From contig JACRHH010000027.1 in assembly GCA_016212095.1 (NCBI GenBank), positions 23,880 to 87,879 of the forward strand: 64,000 bases of DNA, in the 5' to 3' direction. Shown here piece by piece: positions 56,938-64,000 of the stretch. Below the pieces are notes generated by a model. It had not been told where the DNA came from. It did not search any database and saw only the letters and a program-made list of their open reading frames with translations. Every line of letters starts with the position of its first letter. The first letter of the stretch is position 1. A program made the translations under genes and the position numbers. This DNA is from Nitrospirota bacterium. GTDB lineage: Bacteria > Nitrospirota > Thermodesulfovibrionia > SZUA-242.

Positions 56938-57875
56938 ACAACGCAATTTTAGGTTTACTTGCTGAAACATCCATCCATGCCGGAAGCGGCCAGTCCGTGG
57001 GCGGCGTTGATCTTCCGATTCAGCGCGAAGGACATAATAATTGGCCATGTGTCTTTGGCTCGGCAGTGAAAGGCGCGCTTCGGGCGCGTGCGGAAGACAT
57101 TAAAATGCCTGACATCGACATAGCCTTTGGGCCACGGCCTGCTTCCGGTCAGGCCTCCGATCATGCGGGGGCGCTCGCGGTTGGCGACGCCCGGCTTCTG
57201 CTTCTTCCGGTTCGTTCGCTCACCGGCTATTTCAAGTGGGTAACATGCCCTGCGGCGTTGACACGGCTGAAGCGGGATGCATTCAGACTTGGTCTCGACA
57301 TCGCAATGCCGGATTCCCCGGATGTTCCAGCAGACGACACGGCAATTGTTCCAGATGGGGCGGCCAGCGGCGGCATGTTTCTTGAGGAATACCGATTTAA
57401 TGCGATTCCACAAAATCTTGCGGACGTCATTACATCTCTTGCCAAGTTGATGAAAGGTGAGGACTCAACGGAACGCCTAACTTGCCAACTTGTAATCGTC
57501 AGCGACGATCAATTTTCTTTCTTCGCTCAATATGCAACGCCCGTAGCCGCCCATGTCCGGATCGATAACGGAAAAAAGACCGTGGCAAAAGGCGCGCTTT
57601 GGTACGAAGAGACTTTACCACCCGAAACCCTTATGTACGTTGGACTTGGTGCGTTCCCTTCTAGGAGAAACGGTTCCGCTATTTCCGGAAAGGAAATTCT
57701 TGATTCAACGGTTCAGAGCTTGTTTGGAGCGCACCCTTACCTGCAACTTGGCGGAAATGAGACTGTAGGAATGGGCTGGTGTCGAGTTGCGGTAAATCGT
57801 ACATCCATTGTGCCAAGCGGCGGCCAAGTGGCGGTTACCGAAAGCCAAGCCGTAGTTGCGGCACAGGAGGTTTGA
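56934..57875 (+). CDS. cmr4: Type III-B Cmr4 (backbone RAMP, target-RNA cleavage subunit)
   Basis: LGLLAETSIHAGSGQSVGGVDLPIQRE...FGSAVKGALRA...LQLGGNETVGMGW. Confidence 0.9.
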   Translation: MNNAILGLLAETSIHAGSGQSVGGVDLPIQREGHNNWPCVFGSAVKGALRARAEDIKMPDIDIAFGPRPASGQASDHAGALAVGDARLLLLPVRSLTGYFKWVTCPAALTRLKRDAFRLGLDIAMPDSPDVPADDTAIVPDGAASGGMFLEEYRFNAIPQNLADVITSLAKLMKGEDSTERLTCQLVIVSDDQFSFFAQYATPVAAHVRIDNGKKTVAKGALWYEETLPPETLMYVGLGAFPSRRNGSAISGKEILDSTVQSLFGAHPYLQLGGNETVGMGWCRVAVNRTSIVPSGGQVAVTESQAVVAAQEV

Positions 57876-57876
57876 T

Positions 57877-58296
57877 ATGCAGACAATTCAGCAAAAACGG
57901 GCCGCAGCCGCGCTTGCTGCGGTGAGAGAAGCTTCATCAGAACTCTCCGGCGACGACAGGAAAAAATATAAAAGCTACGCGAGCCAGTTTCCGGCCATGA
58001 TCCGAATGAATGGTCTTGGCCCTGCGGCAGCATTCTTCCGAGGCAAGGATGAGTTATACAAGAGTTTGTACGATACGCTTGGTTCATGGCTTAGAAGTGA
58101 AAACGGCCCCTATTACGGGGTTGACGATCTTATGGACGGAATCACAACGCGCAACCAGAACGAATACCGCATGGCTCAGGTTGAAGCGGTTGTCTTCATG
58201 GAGTGGGTCAAGAAACTCGCAAATGCCTTCATGGAAGAGCCAGTAAACAGCACTGTTCAGGGAGCAGGTGAAGCCGTCACAGAGGATGCATCATGA
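57877..58296 (+). CDS. cmr5: Type III-B Cmr5 (small subunit)
   Basis: ...YKSYASQFPAMIRMNGLGPAAAFF...; 139 aa; position between cmr4 and cmr6. Confidence 0.8.
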   Translation: MQTIQQKRAAAALAAVREASSELSGDDRKKYKSYASQFPAMIRMNGLGPAAAFFRGKDELYKSLYDTLGSWLRSENGPYYGVDDLMDGITTRNQNEYRMAQVEAVVFMEWVKKLANAFMEEPVNSTVQGAGEAVTEDAS

Positions 58297-59411
58297 AAAC
58301 TCCTCTATATTGTGCTCACGATGCTCCACTATCCAAACCTCAAGATGCTCATTCCGGTCTGTGGTTCGACAGGTTTTTTAATAGGTTTACAGATAGTTGG
58401 GAGACAGAAAAAGAAGGTGCGAAGCTGAAATGGATTGTGAAAACAGTCGAGGGCTCATGCTGCGACATGGCGGCAGTAAAATCTTTTTCGCTTAGACAAT
58501 ATGAGATTGCAGCTTCCCTTGGCGGTGAAAGCCGGGCGTTTACAACTTCATGGCGTTTTGCCTCCGGGCTTGGACTGCCGCATCCGGTCGAGAATGGTTT
58601 TGCTTGGCATCCGACACTTGGAACGCCATATCTGACGGGAGCGGCGGTAAAAGGTCTTGTTCGAGCATGGGTGGAGGTTTGGGAGCCAAGTTTTGATGAT
58701 CGAATCGAACGAGATAATCGATTGAAAAGCTGGTTTGGTGAGATCGATCAGTCCGGAGGACTGATTTTCTTCGACGCAATTCCTGTCGCCCCTCCCGCGC
58801 TGTCTCCCGATGTTATGACCCCTCACATGGGAAAGTGGTATGAATTGGGCGGCGAAATCGGTGTAAATCCGGAAAACGAACCGAAAAGTCTACCGGCGGA
58901 CTGGCATGATCCGAACCCTATTCCATTTTTAACCGTGAAGAATGGGACGTTCCTGTTCAGCATTGCGCCAAGAAATCAAAAGTTCACAGATGATGTGCCG
59001 CTTGCAATGGACTCGCTCAAGCAGGCTCTCGAATGGCTAGGGGCTGGCGCGAAAACTGCGGCTGGATATGGACGAATGGAGCCAGATGACGTTGCCAGAA
59101 ATTCGCTGAAGGTTGAAGCCGACAAGCGGATGAAAGACCGCTTGGAAAGAGAGAGCGTTGCCAGAATGTCGCCTCTTGAGCGTGAGTTGCATGAGCTTGC
59201 AAAAAATAATTCGCAAGATACAGAAGTATTTTTTCTGAAAGCGCTTGAAGACGGGCGTTGGAATGGTGACAATGCCCGCGTTGTGGCCGAAAAGATTCAA
59301 GCCATGATGCAGGAAAAGGACAAGTGGAAACCGGTATGTAACAGCAAGGAGGAGAAAAAGCTTAAATTGCATAGACGTACATTGGCAGTAATGAGGTATC
59401 TTGGGCGGTGA
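58293..59411 (+). CDS. cmr6: Type III-B Cmr6 with about 110-aa helical C-terminal extension
   Basis: ...SGLGLPHPVENGFAWHPTLGTPYLTGAAVKGLVRAW...GGLIFFDA...GAKTAAGYGRM, then a 110-aa charged extension. Confidence 0.85.
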   Translation: MKTPLYCAHDAPLSKPQDAHSGLWFDRFFNRFTDSWETEKEGAKLKWIVKTVEGSCCDMAAVKSFSLRQYEIAASLGGESRAFTTSWRFASGLGLPHPVENGFAWHPTLGTPYLTGAAVKGLVRAWVEVWEPSFDDRIERDNRLKSWFGEIDQSGGLIFFDAIPVAPPALSPDVMTPHMGKWYELGGEIGVNPENEPKSLPADWHDPNPIPFLTVKNGTFLFSIAPRNQKFTDDVPLAMDSLKQALEWLGAGAKTAAGYGRMEPDDVARNSLKVEADKRMKDRLERESVARMSPLERELHELAKNNSQDTEVFFLKALEDGRWNGDNARVVAEKIQAMMQEKDKWKPVCNSKEEKKLKLHRRTLAVMRYLGR

Positions 59412-59420
59412 GGCTCCGGC

Positions 59421-59492
59421 ATGACAACGTATTTTGTTACACGCCATCCCGGCGCGCGTGAGTGGGCGGCTGAGGAGGGCGTTATCGTGGAT
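59421..59492 (+). pseudogene. csx16: csx16 5' stub (about 24 codons), fused in frame to a transposase fragment
   Basis: MTTYFVTRHPGAREWAAEEGVIVD matches my recollection of the Csx16 (VVA1548-family) N-terminus. The rest of the gene is absent. Confidence 0.6.
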
Positions 59493-59780
59493 GAGCAGGT
59501 GGAGCTTTTCTTCAAGTGGATCAAGCAGAACCTGCGGATAAAAAGCTTTTACGGAACATCGGAAAACGCCGTCAAGACACAGATATGGATTGCGGTGTCG
59601 GTTTATGTGCTGGTGGCCATCATGAAAAAACGGCTGAATATCGAGGCAAGCCTCTACACAATTCTACAGGTGCTGAGCGTAACCGCTTTAGAAAAAATGC
59701 CGTTAATTCGACTACTTGCAAAACAGGATTACAGAACAGAGATGGGCGATTATCGTAACTCATTGTTTTTATTCGATTAA
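59493..59780 (+). mobile_element. IS4/IS5-type DDE transposase C-terminal fragment (IS remnant)
   Basis: ...VELFFKWIKQNLRIKSFYGTSENAVKTQIWIAVSVYVLVAIMKKRL...LYTILQVLS is the conserved C-terminal block of IS4-family transposases. No N-terminal or catalytic part is present. Confidence 0.8.
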
Positions 59781-60030
59781 ACGTTGGGACGCTAGTGATT
59801 TGAACATATAGTGCTGAAACTGCTTGGCCGGTTCAGCGGAGCCGAAAGCGTAACGCTCGATGGTTACAGAAACCCACGGCCACCGGGAAATCGCAGGGTG
59901 TGGGGAACTTCGCGGTTTATGGTTGAACAGATGTATCCGCTTGGATGGGTGAAGGTATCGGTGAATTAAATGCATCGCATTATGAGCGAGTGATAATGGT
60001 GCAGTATAATGCCTGAAGAGGATTGAGGAC

Positions 60031-60393
60031 ATGAAGCGAGATATTACGGATTACATTGCCGACATGTTTGATGCGATGAACAAAGCCCGTCAATTTGTCG
60101 AGGGAATGGATTTTGACTCATTTGCGGCTGACGACAAGACCGTGTACGCGCTGATCCGGGCGCTGGAAGTCATCGGGGAGGCGGCCAAGCGAATACCGGA
60201 CGACGTTCGCGCCCGATTCGCGCATGTTCCATGGAGGGACATGGCCGGAATGCGTGACGTGCTGATTCATGATTATTTCGGAGTGGACGCCGATACCGTA
60301 TGGCGAACAGTTACGGAAAAAATCCCTGAAGTCCTGCGTGATATGGAGACGATTTTGAAGGAGTTGCGCAATGAAGCGAATCGACGAGATTAA
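60031..60393 (+). CDS. hepT: HepT-like (DUF86/HEPN) toxin
   Basis: RX4HXY motif in [14 protein letters not shown]. 120 aa. Confidence 0.85.
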   Translation: MKRDITDYIADMFDAMNKARQFVEGMDFDSFAADDKTVYALIRALEVIGEAAKRIPDDVRARFAHVPWRDMAGMRDVLIHDYFGVDADTVWRTVTEKIPEVLRDMETILKELRNEANRRD

Positions 60394-60664
60394 GTCTGCT
60401 CTGAAAGCCGAGAAATCCCGTCTTGAGCTGGAATACGGCGTGAGCGAAATAGGTCTTTTTGGTTCAAGAGTCACCGGCATTGCAACCGACGCCAGCGACA
60501 TCGACATTCTTGTTGATTTTCACCGATCAATCGATCTGTTGCGGTTTGTCCACCTGAAAAATGAACTGTCCGACCTGCTTGAATTGCGGGTGGATCTTGT
60601 GATGAAGCGCGCCGTCAAGCCCGAAATCGGCAGGCATATCACGAATGAGGCTGTGTTCATCTGA
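60371..60664 (+). CDS. mntA: MntA-like nucleotidyltransferase antitoxin
   Basis: [23 protein letters not shown] (GSxxxG...DxD). Overlaps hepT by 23 bp. Confidence 0.85.
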   Translation: MKRIDEIKSALKAEKSRLELEYGVSEIGLFGSRVTGIATDASDIDILVDFHRSIDLLRFVHLKNELSDLLELRVDLVMKRAVKPEIGRHITNEAVFI

Positions 60665-60685
60665 ACAGACCCATTACTCGGTGAT

Positions 60686-61178
60686 ATGGCGAATATTTAC
60701 CTGACCGAGCAGGGTTCAGTGGTCGGAAAGACCGGCAACAGGCTGATTGTCCGCAAGGACGACGTTGTTTTGCTCGATGTGCCGTGCGACAAGATAGATT
60801 CCGTGCTGATCTTCGGCAATGTGCAGGTCACCACGCAGGCGGTGCATGAGATGTTCGAGCACGGTATCGAGCTTGCCATGCGATATTCAGGAGGAATTCC
60901 GCGCCTCGGTTGACCGGTTCACGCTCTACCTCCTGAACAACCGGATGCTTAACGCGGAGGATTTCTACGAAAACAACAAGGACGGGGCCGTGTACCTCTT
61001 GCGCGACGCCATGAAAAAGTATTTTGTGGAATACGAAAAGCATTTTACGCGGGAATTCACGCATCCGGTATCGGGGGAGACGACGAACATCCGGAAATGC
61101 TTCCGGAGTCAGGCCGAAAGACTGGCGGCGCACATCAAGGGCGGCCCGGCATATGTTCCGTTTCTGTTCGAGGGGTAA
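60686..61178 (+). pseudogene. cas1: cas1 with large internal out-of-frame deletion (N-terminal about 65 aa joined to C-terminal about 95 aa)
   Basis: MANIYLTEQGSVVGKTGNRLIVRK...HGIELAM, then a frame change near 60880, then DIQEEFRASVDRFTLYLLNNRML...PFLFEG. Total 493 bp, compared with about 1 kb for an intact cas1. Confidence 0.8.
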
Positions 61179-61180
61179 AT

Positions 61181-61453
61181 GTGTTCCACGTTGTTACTTA
61201 CGATATTTCCGATGATCGTAAAAGAGACCGGGCGGCAAAGGTTTTGCTCGATTACGGCAAGCGTGTACAATACAGCGTGTTTGAGTGCGTGATGGACAAC
61301 GAGGCGCTGAAAACGCTTGTCTCACGGTTGAGCGGACTAGCGAGCGGCGAGGACAGCATTCGCGTATATTCGCTATGCTCAGGGTGCGAGAGGCGGATTG
61401 AGGTGATCGGAACCGGCGCGGTGACAAAAGACGAAAATGTCATTATTTTATAA
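61181..61453 (+). CDS. cas2: CRISPR-associated endoribonuclease Cas2
   Basis: VFHVVTYDISDDRKRDRAAKVLLDYGKRVQYSVFEC...IRVYSLC. GTG start 2 nt after the cas1 stop. Confidence 0.85.
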   Translation: MFHVVTYDISDDRKRDRAAKVLLDYGKRVQYSVFECVMDNEALKTLVSRLSGLASGEDSIRVYSLCSGCERRIEVIGTGAVTKDENVIIL

Positions 61454-61542
61454 CGGGTTTACGGAGATTTTCCATTGCGCCAAATAGCGCAGGACTTACG
61501 GTTGGCAGTGGATGCGCCTGTAATGACGCAGAAAATTGGTCT

Positions 61543-61570
61543 TTGACAGATGAATTATTGATGTTATCAT
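61543..61570 (+). promoter_or_regulatory. Sigma70-like promoter in the CRISPR leader
   Basis: TTGACA (61543-61548), 16-nt spacer, TATCAT (61565-61570), about 80 nt upstream of repeat 1. Confidence 0.45.
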
Positions 61571-61652
61571 TGCGGATGTGATGGTACGGGAAGGGAGGTT
61601 ACGGGAAAACGAGCTATAACTTATTGGAAAAACGCATGGAATTGATGGCGGA

Positions 61653-62382
61653 CAGAGAAACCGAGACTTAACGAATAAAGGATTGAGACCGGTCAGGTCT
61701 GTGGTTATATCGCCGGGGCCGGAAATTGGCAGAGAAACCGAGACTTAACGAATAAAGGATTGAGACCAAGCCAAGACATCATACTTACGCTCCGCGCGAA
61801 TTATCAGAGAAACCGAGACTTAACGAATAAAGGATTGAGACAAAAAAACGCCGGGCAGACGAACAACAAAAATACTCCGACCTCAGAGAAACCGAGACTT
61901 AACGAATAAAGGATTGAGACAGAGATTCGGGCGAACGGAACCTTAAGGCCATCCATGCACATTTCCAGAGAAACCGAGACTTAACGAATAAAGGATTGAG
62001 ACGGTTGACGTGCAGTGCGACTACATCAAGGAGTCGCTGGGGCACAGAGAAACCGAGACTTAACGAATAAAGGATTGAGACTATATTTCATCTTTCCATA
62101 GGCCACTTTCTGCTCAGTTCCCCAGAGAAACCGAGACTTAACGAATAAAGGATTGAGACTAGGCAATATGCTAAAGGGGTATCGCTGGTTTACCGCAGAG
62201 AAACCGAGACTTAACGAATAAAGGATTGAGACTAATGACGTTCGCTGTCTGGTTCGCCCGGCTGAAACAGAGAAACCGAGACTTAACGAATAAAGGATTG
62301 AGACAGGCCGCCGAGTTAAATGGTAGGAGCTTCCGGATCAGGGAACAGAGAAACCGAGACTTAACGAATAAAGGATTGAGAC
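61653..62382 (+). CRISPR. CRISPR array: 10 identical 37-nt repeats, 9 spacers (35-45 nt)
   Basis: Repeat CAGAGAAACCGAGACTTAACGAATAAAGGATTGAGAC at 61653, 61730, 61805, 61884, 61966, 62045, 62123, 62196, 62268 and 62346. The 3' ATTGAGAC resembles the 8-nt crRNA 5' handle (AUUGAAAC-type). This gives + strand transcription, with the leader next to cas2. Confidence 0.97.
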
Positions 62383-62615
62383 GAATTTCGATAAGACGCT
62401 CGTGCGGATCGTTTCGGAAGAATCCGGCAGGTTGCGTCTGGAAATTGAGAAAGTTGGCGTCGAGACGGCAAAATCTCGTGCGGAGCTTATCTGATGGATG
62501 TTTATCTTTTGGTGTGGTCAGATTGACGTGATGATCGCCCTCTTCAGGCAGTCCCTGAAATAATCAAGCCTTTATCCCAGGTTAGCGGGGGGGCATTGCG
62601 CCCCCCATCATGTTC

Positions 62616-64000
62616 TCAAACCCCGCTTTCGGGATTTCCAGTCTTTTTCCGCATCGCCAGCCGGTTGATGGCCGAGAGATACGCCCTTGCCGCAGCCACG
62701 ATGATGTCGGTGTCGGCTCCATGCCCGCGCACCTTGTCGCCGTCCTGCTCAAGCGCAACCGTCACCTCGCCGAGCGCGTCGGTTCCGCCGGTGATGCTTT
62801 TCACCTCGAACTTAAGCAGGCTGCTTCCGGTTTCGGTAAGCGCCGCGATGGCGCGGTAAACCGCGTCAACCGGGCCGTCGCCGGTTTCCGAGCGCTCGAT
62901 AACGCCTGTTGCAGTGGCCAGTCGCACGACAGCCGTCGGCCTCACGCCGATGCCGCCCGAAACCTCCATGCCCTCAAGCCGGAACGCGTCGTCGCCGCCC
63001 GATACTCCCTCGGAAACAAGCGCCTCCAGATCCTCGTCGAAGATGTCTTTCTTGCGGTCGGCAAGCTCCTTGAAGCGGGTAAACGCCTGTTCAAGCTCGG
63101 CGTCTGAAAGCTGGTAGCCAAGCTCCGCAAGGCGCGCCTTGAACGCGTGCCTGCCGGAGTGCTTGCCGAGCACCAGATTGGCCTTGGTGAATCCTACCGA
63201 TTCGGGCCTGATGATCTCGTATGTTGTGCGTTCCTTCAACAGGCCGTCGGTATGAATTCCGGCCTCATGCGCGAAGGCGTTCGCGCCCACAATCGCCTTG
63301 TTCGGCTGAACCGCCATGCCGGTGATCTTGGTCACAAGACGGCTCGATTTCACGAACTCTGTCGTGTTGATGTTCGTGTCGGCGTTGAAATAGTCGCGGC
63401 GCGTGCGAAGCGCCATCACAACCTCTTCCATCGAGCAGTTGCCTGCCCGCTCGCCGATGCCGTTTATCGTGCATTCAACCTGCCCCGCGCCCTCGATAAT
63501 GGCCGAAAGCGCGTTTGCAACCGCAAGCCCAAGATCGTTGTGGCAGTGAAGCGAAATCACGGCCTTGTCGATGTTCTTCACTCTTGAGCGAATCTCGCGG
63601 ATCATCGCGCCGAACTCCTGAGGAATGGCGTAGCCGACGGTATCGGGAATGTTCACCGTTGTTGCTCCTGCGTCGATCACGGCCTCAAGCACCTCGCAGA
63701 GATAACCAAGATCCGTGCGCGTGGCGTCCATCGGCGAAAATTCCACGTCTTCCACGAGGCTTCGGGCCAGTTTCACCATCTCCACCGAGCGGCGGAAAGC
63801 CTCATCGCGGCTTATCCGGTACTGGTGCTCAAGATGTATGTCGGACGTTGAATGAAACGTGTGAATCCGGCGCTTCGGCGCGTCCTTCAAAGCCTCGTAT
63901 GCGGTCTTGATGTCGGCCTCGCGTGCGCGGGCAAGGCTGCATACTATCGGGCCCTCGATCTCGGCCCCGATGCGCCTGATCGCCTCGAAGTCGCCCTTCG
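62616..64000 (-). CDS. leuA: 2-isopropylmalate synthase (N-terminus beyond window end)
   Basis: ...[18 protein letters not shown]...[36 protein letters not shown]... plus the LeuA dimerisation/regulatory C-terminus. The frame stays open to position 64000. Confidence 0.9.
   Translation of the reverse strand, partial: KGDFEAIRRIGAEIEGPIVCSLARAREADIKTAYEALKDAPKRRIHTFHSTSDIHLEHQYRISRDEAFRRSVEMVKLARSLVEDVEFSPMDATRTDLGYLCEVLEAVIDAGATTVNIPDTVGYAIPQEFGAMIREIRSRVKNIDKAVISLHCHNDLGLAVANALSAIIEGAGQVECTINGIGERAGNCSMEEVVMALRTRRDYFNADTNINTTEFVKSSRLVTKITGMAVQPNKAIVGANAFAHEAGIHTDGLLKERTTYEIIRPESVGFTKANLVLGKHSGRHAFKARLAELGYQLSDAELEQAFTRFKELADRKKDIFDEDLEALVSEGVSGGDDAFRLEGMEVSGGIGVRPTAVVRLATATGVIERSETGDGPVDAVYRAIAALTETGSSLLKFEVKSITGGTDALGEVTVALEQDGDKVRGHGADTDIIVAAARAYLSAINRLAMRKKTGNPESGV

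Noticed and set aside
60019-60030. AGGATTGAGGAC just upstream of hepT resembles the repeat 3' end AGGATTGAGAC
   Set aside because: The similarity does not extend into the preceding 25 nt. The sequence doubles as the likely hepT RBS (GAGGA). I judge it coincidental.
62428-62466. Possible degenerate 11th repeat (CAGGTTGCGTCTGGAAATTGAGAAAGTTGGCGTCGAGAC), 45 nt after repeat 10
   Set aside because: Only the CAG start, the GAGAC end and the plausible spacing agree. Internal identity to the repeat is poor and the length is 39 rather than 37 nt. That is too weak to call.
62226-62531. 101-aa ORF running through CRISPR repeats 8-10
   Set aside because: Its translation contains the repeated peptide 'QRNRDLTNKGLR', which comes from the CRISPR repeat itself. 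It is not a gene.
62588-62606. GC-rich hairpin (gggggggc-attgc-gcccccc region) between the array end and the leuA stop
   Set aside because: The stem is plausible, but neither strand has a U-tract. It might attenuate convergent transcription. I cannot support a terminator call.

Overview
Bacterial chromosomal window, mostly about 55-63% G+C by eye. I saw no rRNA or tRNA genes. It has four blocks.

(1) 1-8.8 kb: the leuD 3' end, a Fic-family gene, a 1718-aa secreted repeat protein, and three small genes. The repeat protein has six SdrD-B-like modules. It also has two beta-sandwich domains, each split by an insertion of Cys/Asp-rich DxNxDG repeats.

(2) 8.8-26.2 kb: a 17.4-kb block of 11 signalling genes, all on the minus strand and many overlapping by 4 bp. 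It holds three histidine kinases, a CheY-like receiver, and stand-alone CheB and CheR. It also holds five sensor proteins with no recognisable output domain. All five end in the same roughly 45-aa His-less coiled-coil tail (...ELExxNxxFVGRELRM[IL]ELKxxIxELE).

(3) 26.2-50 kb: housekeeping genes (LMW-PTP, SurA-like PPIase, mqnC/mqnE, ychF, proS, der, dnaE, accA, ahcY, rpsF-ssb-rpsR, two DUF507 genes). This block also contains a two-CW Cys-rich protein next to an MCP, a stand-alone MshEN-type domain protein, and an ssb gene interrupted by an in-frame TAA.

(4) 50.1-62.4 kb: a type III-B (Cmr) CRISPR-Cas island lying between the DUF507 genes and leuA. Its order is:
- cas6
- an inserted RelE/Phd cassette plus a cas6 3' remnant
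- a small two-TM + CARF-like protein translationally coupled to cmr1
- cmr1, an HD-less cas10, cmr3, cmr4, cmr5, and cmr6 with a C-terminal extension
- a csx16 stub fused to an IS4-type transposase fragment
- HepT/MntA
- an internally deleted cas1, then cas2
- a 10-repeat, 9-spacer array

The two strongest leads are the membrane CARF-like candidate effector and the shared-tail sensor family. All calls come from reading the translations and DNA by eye. No database search was run.
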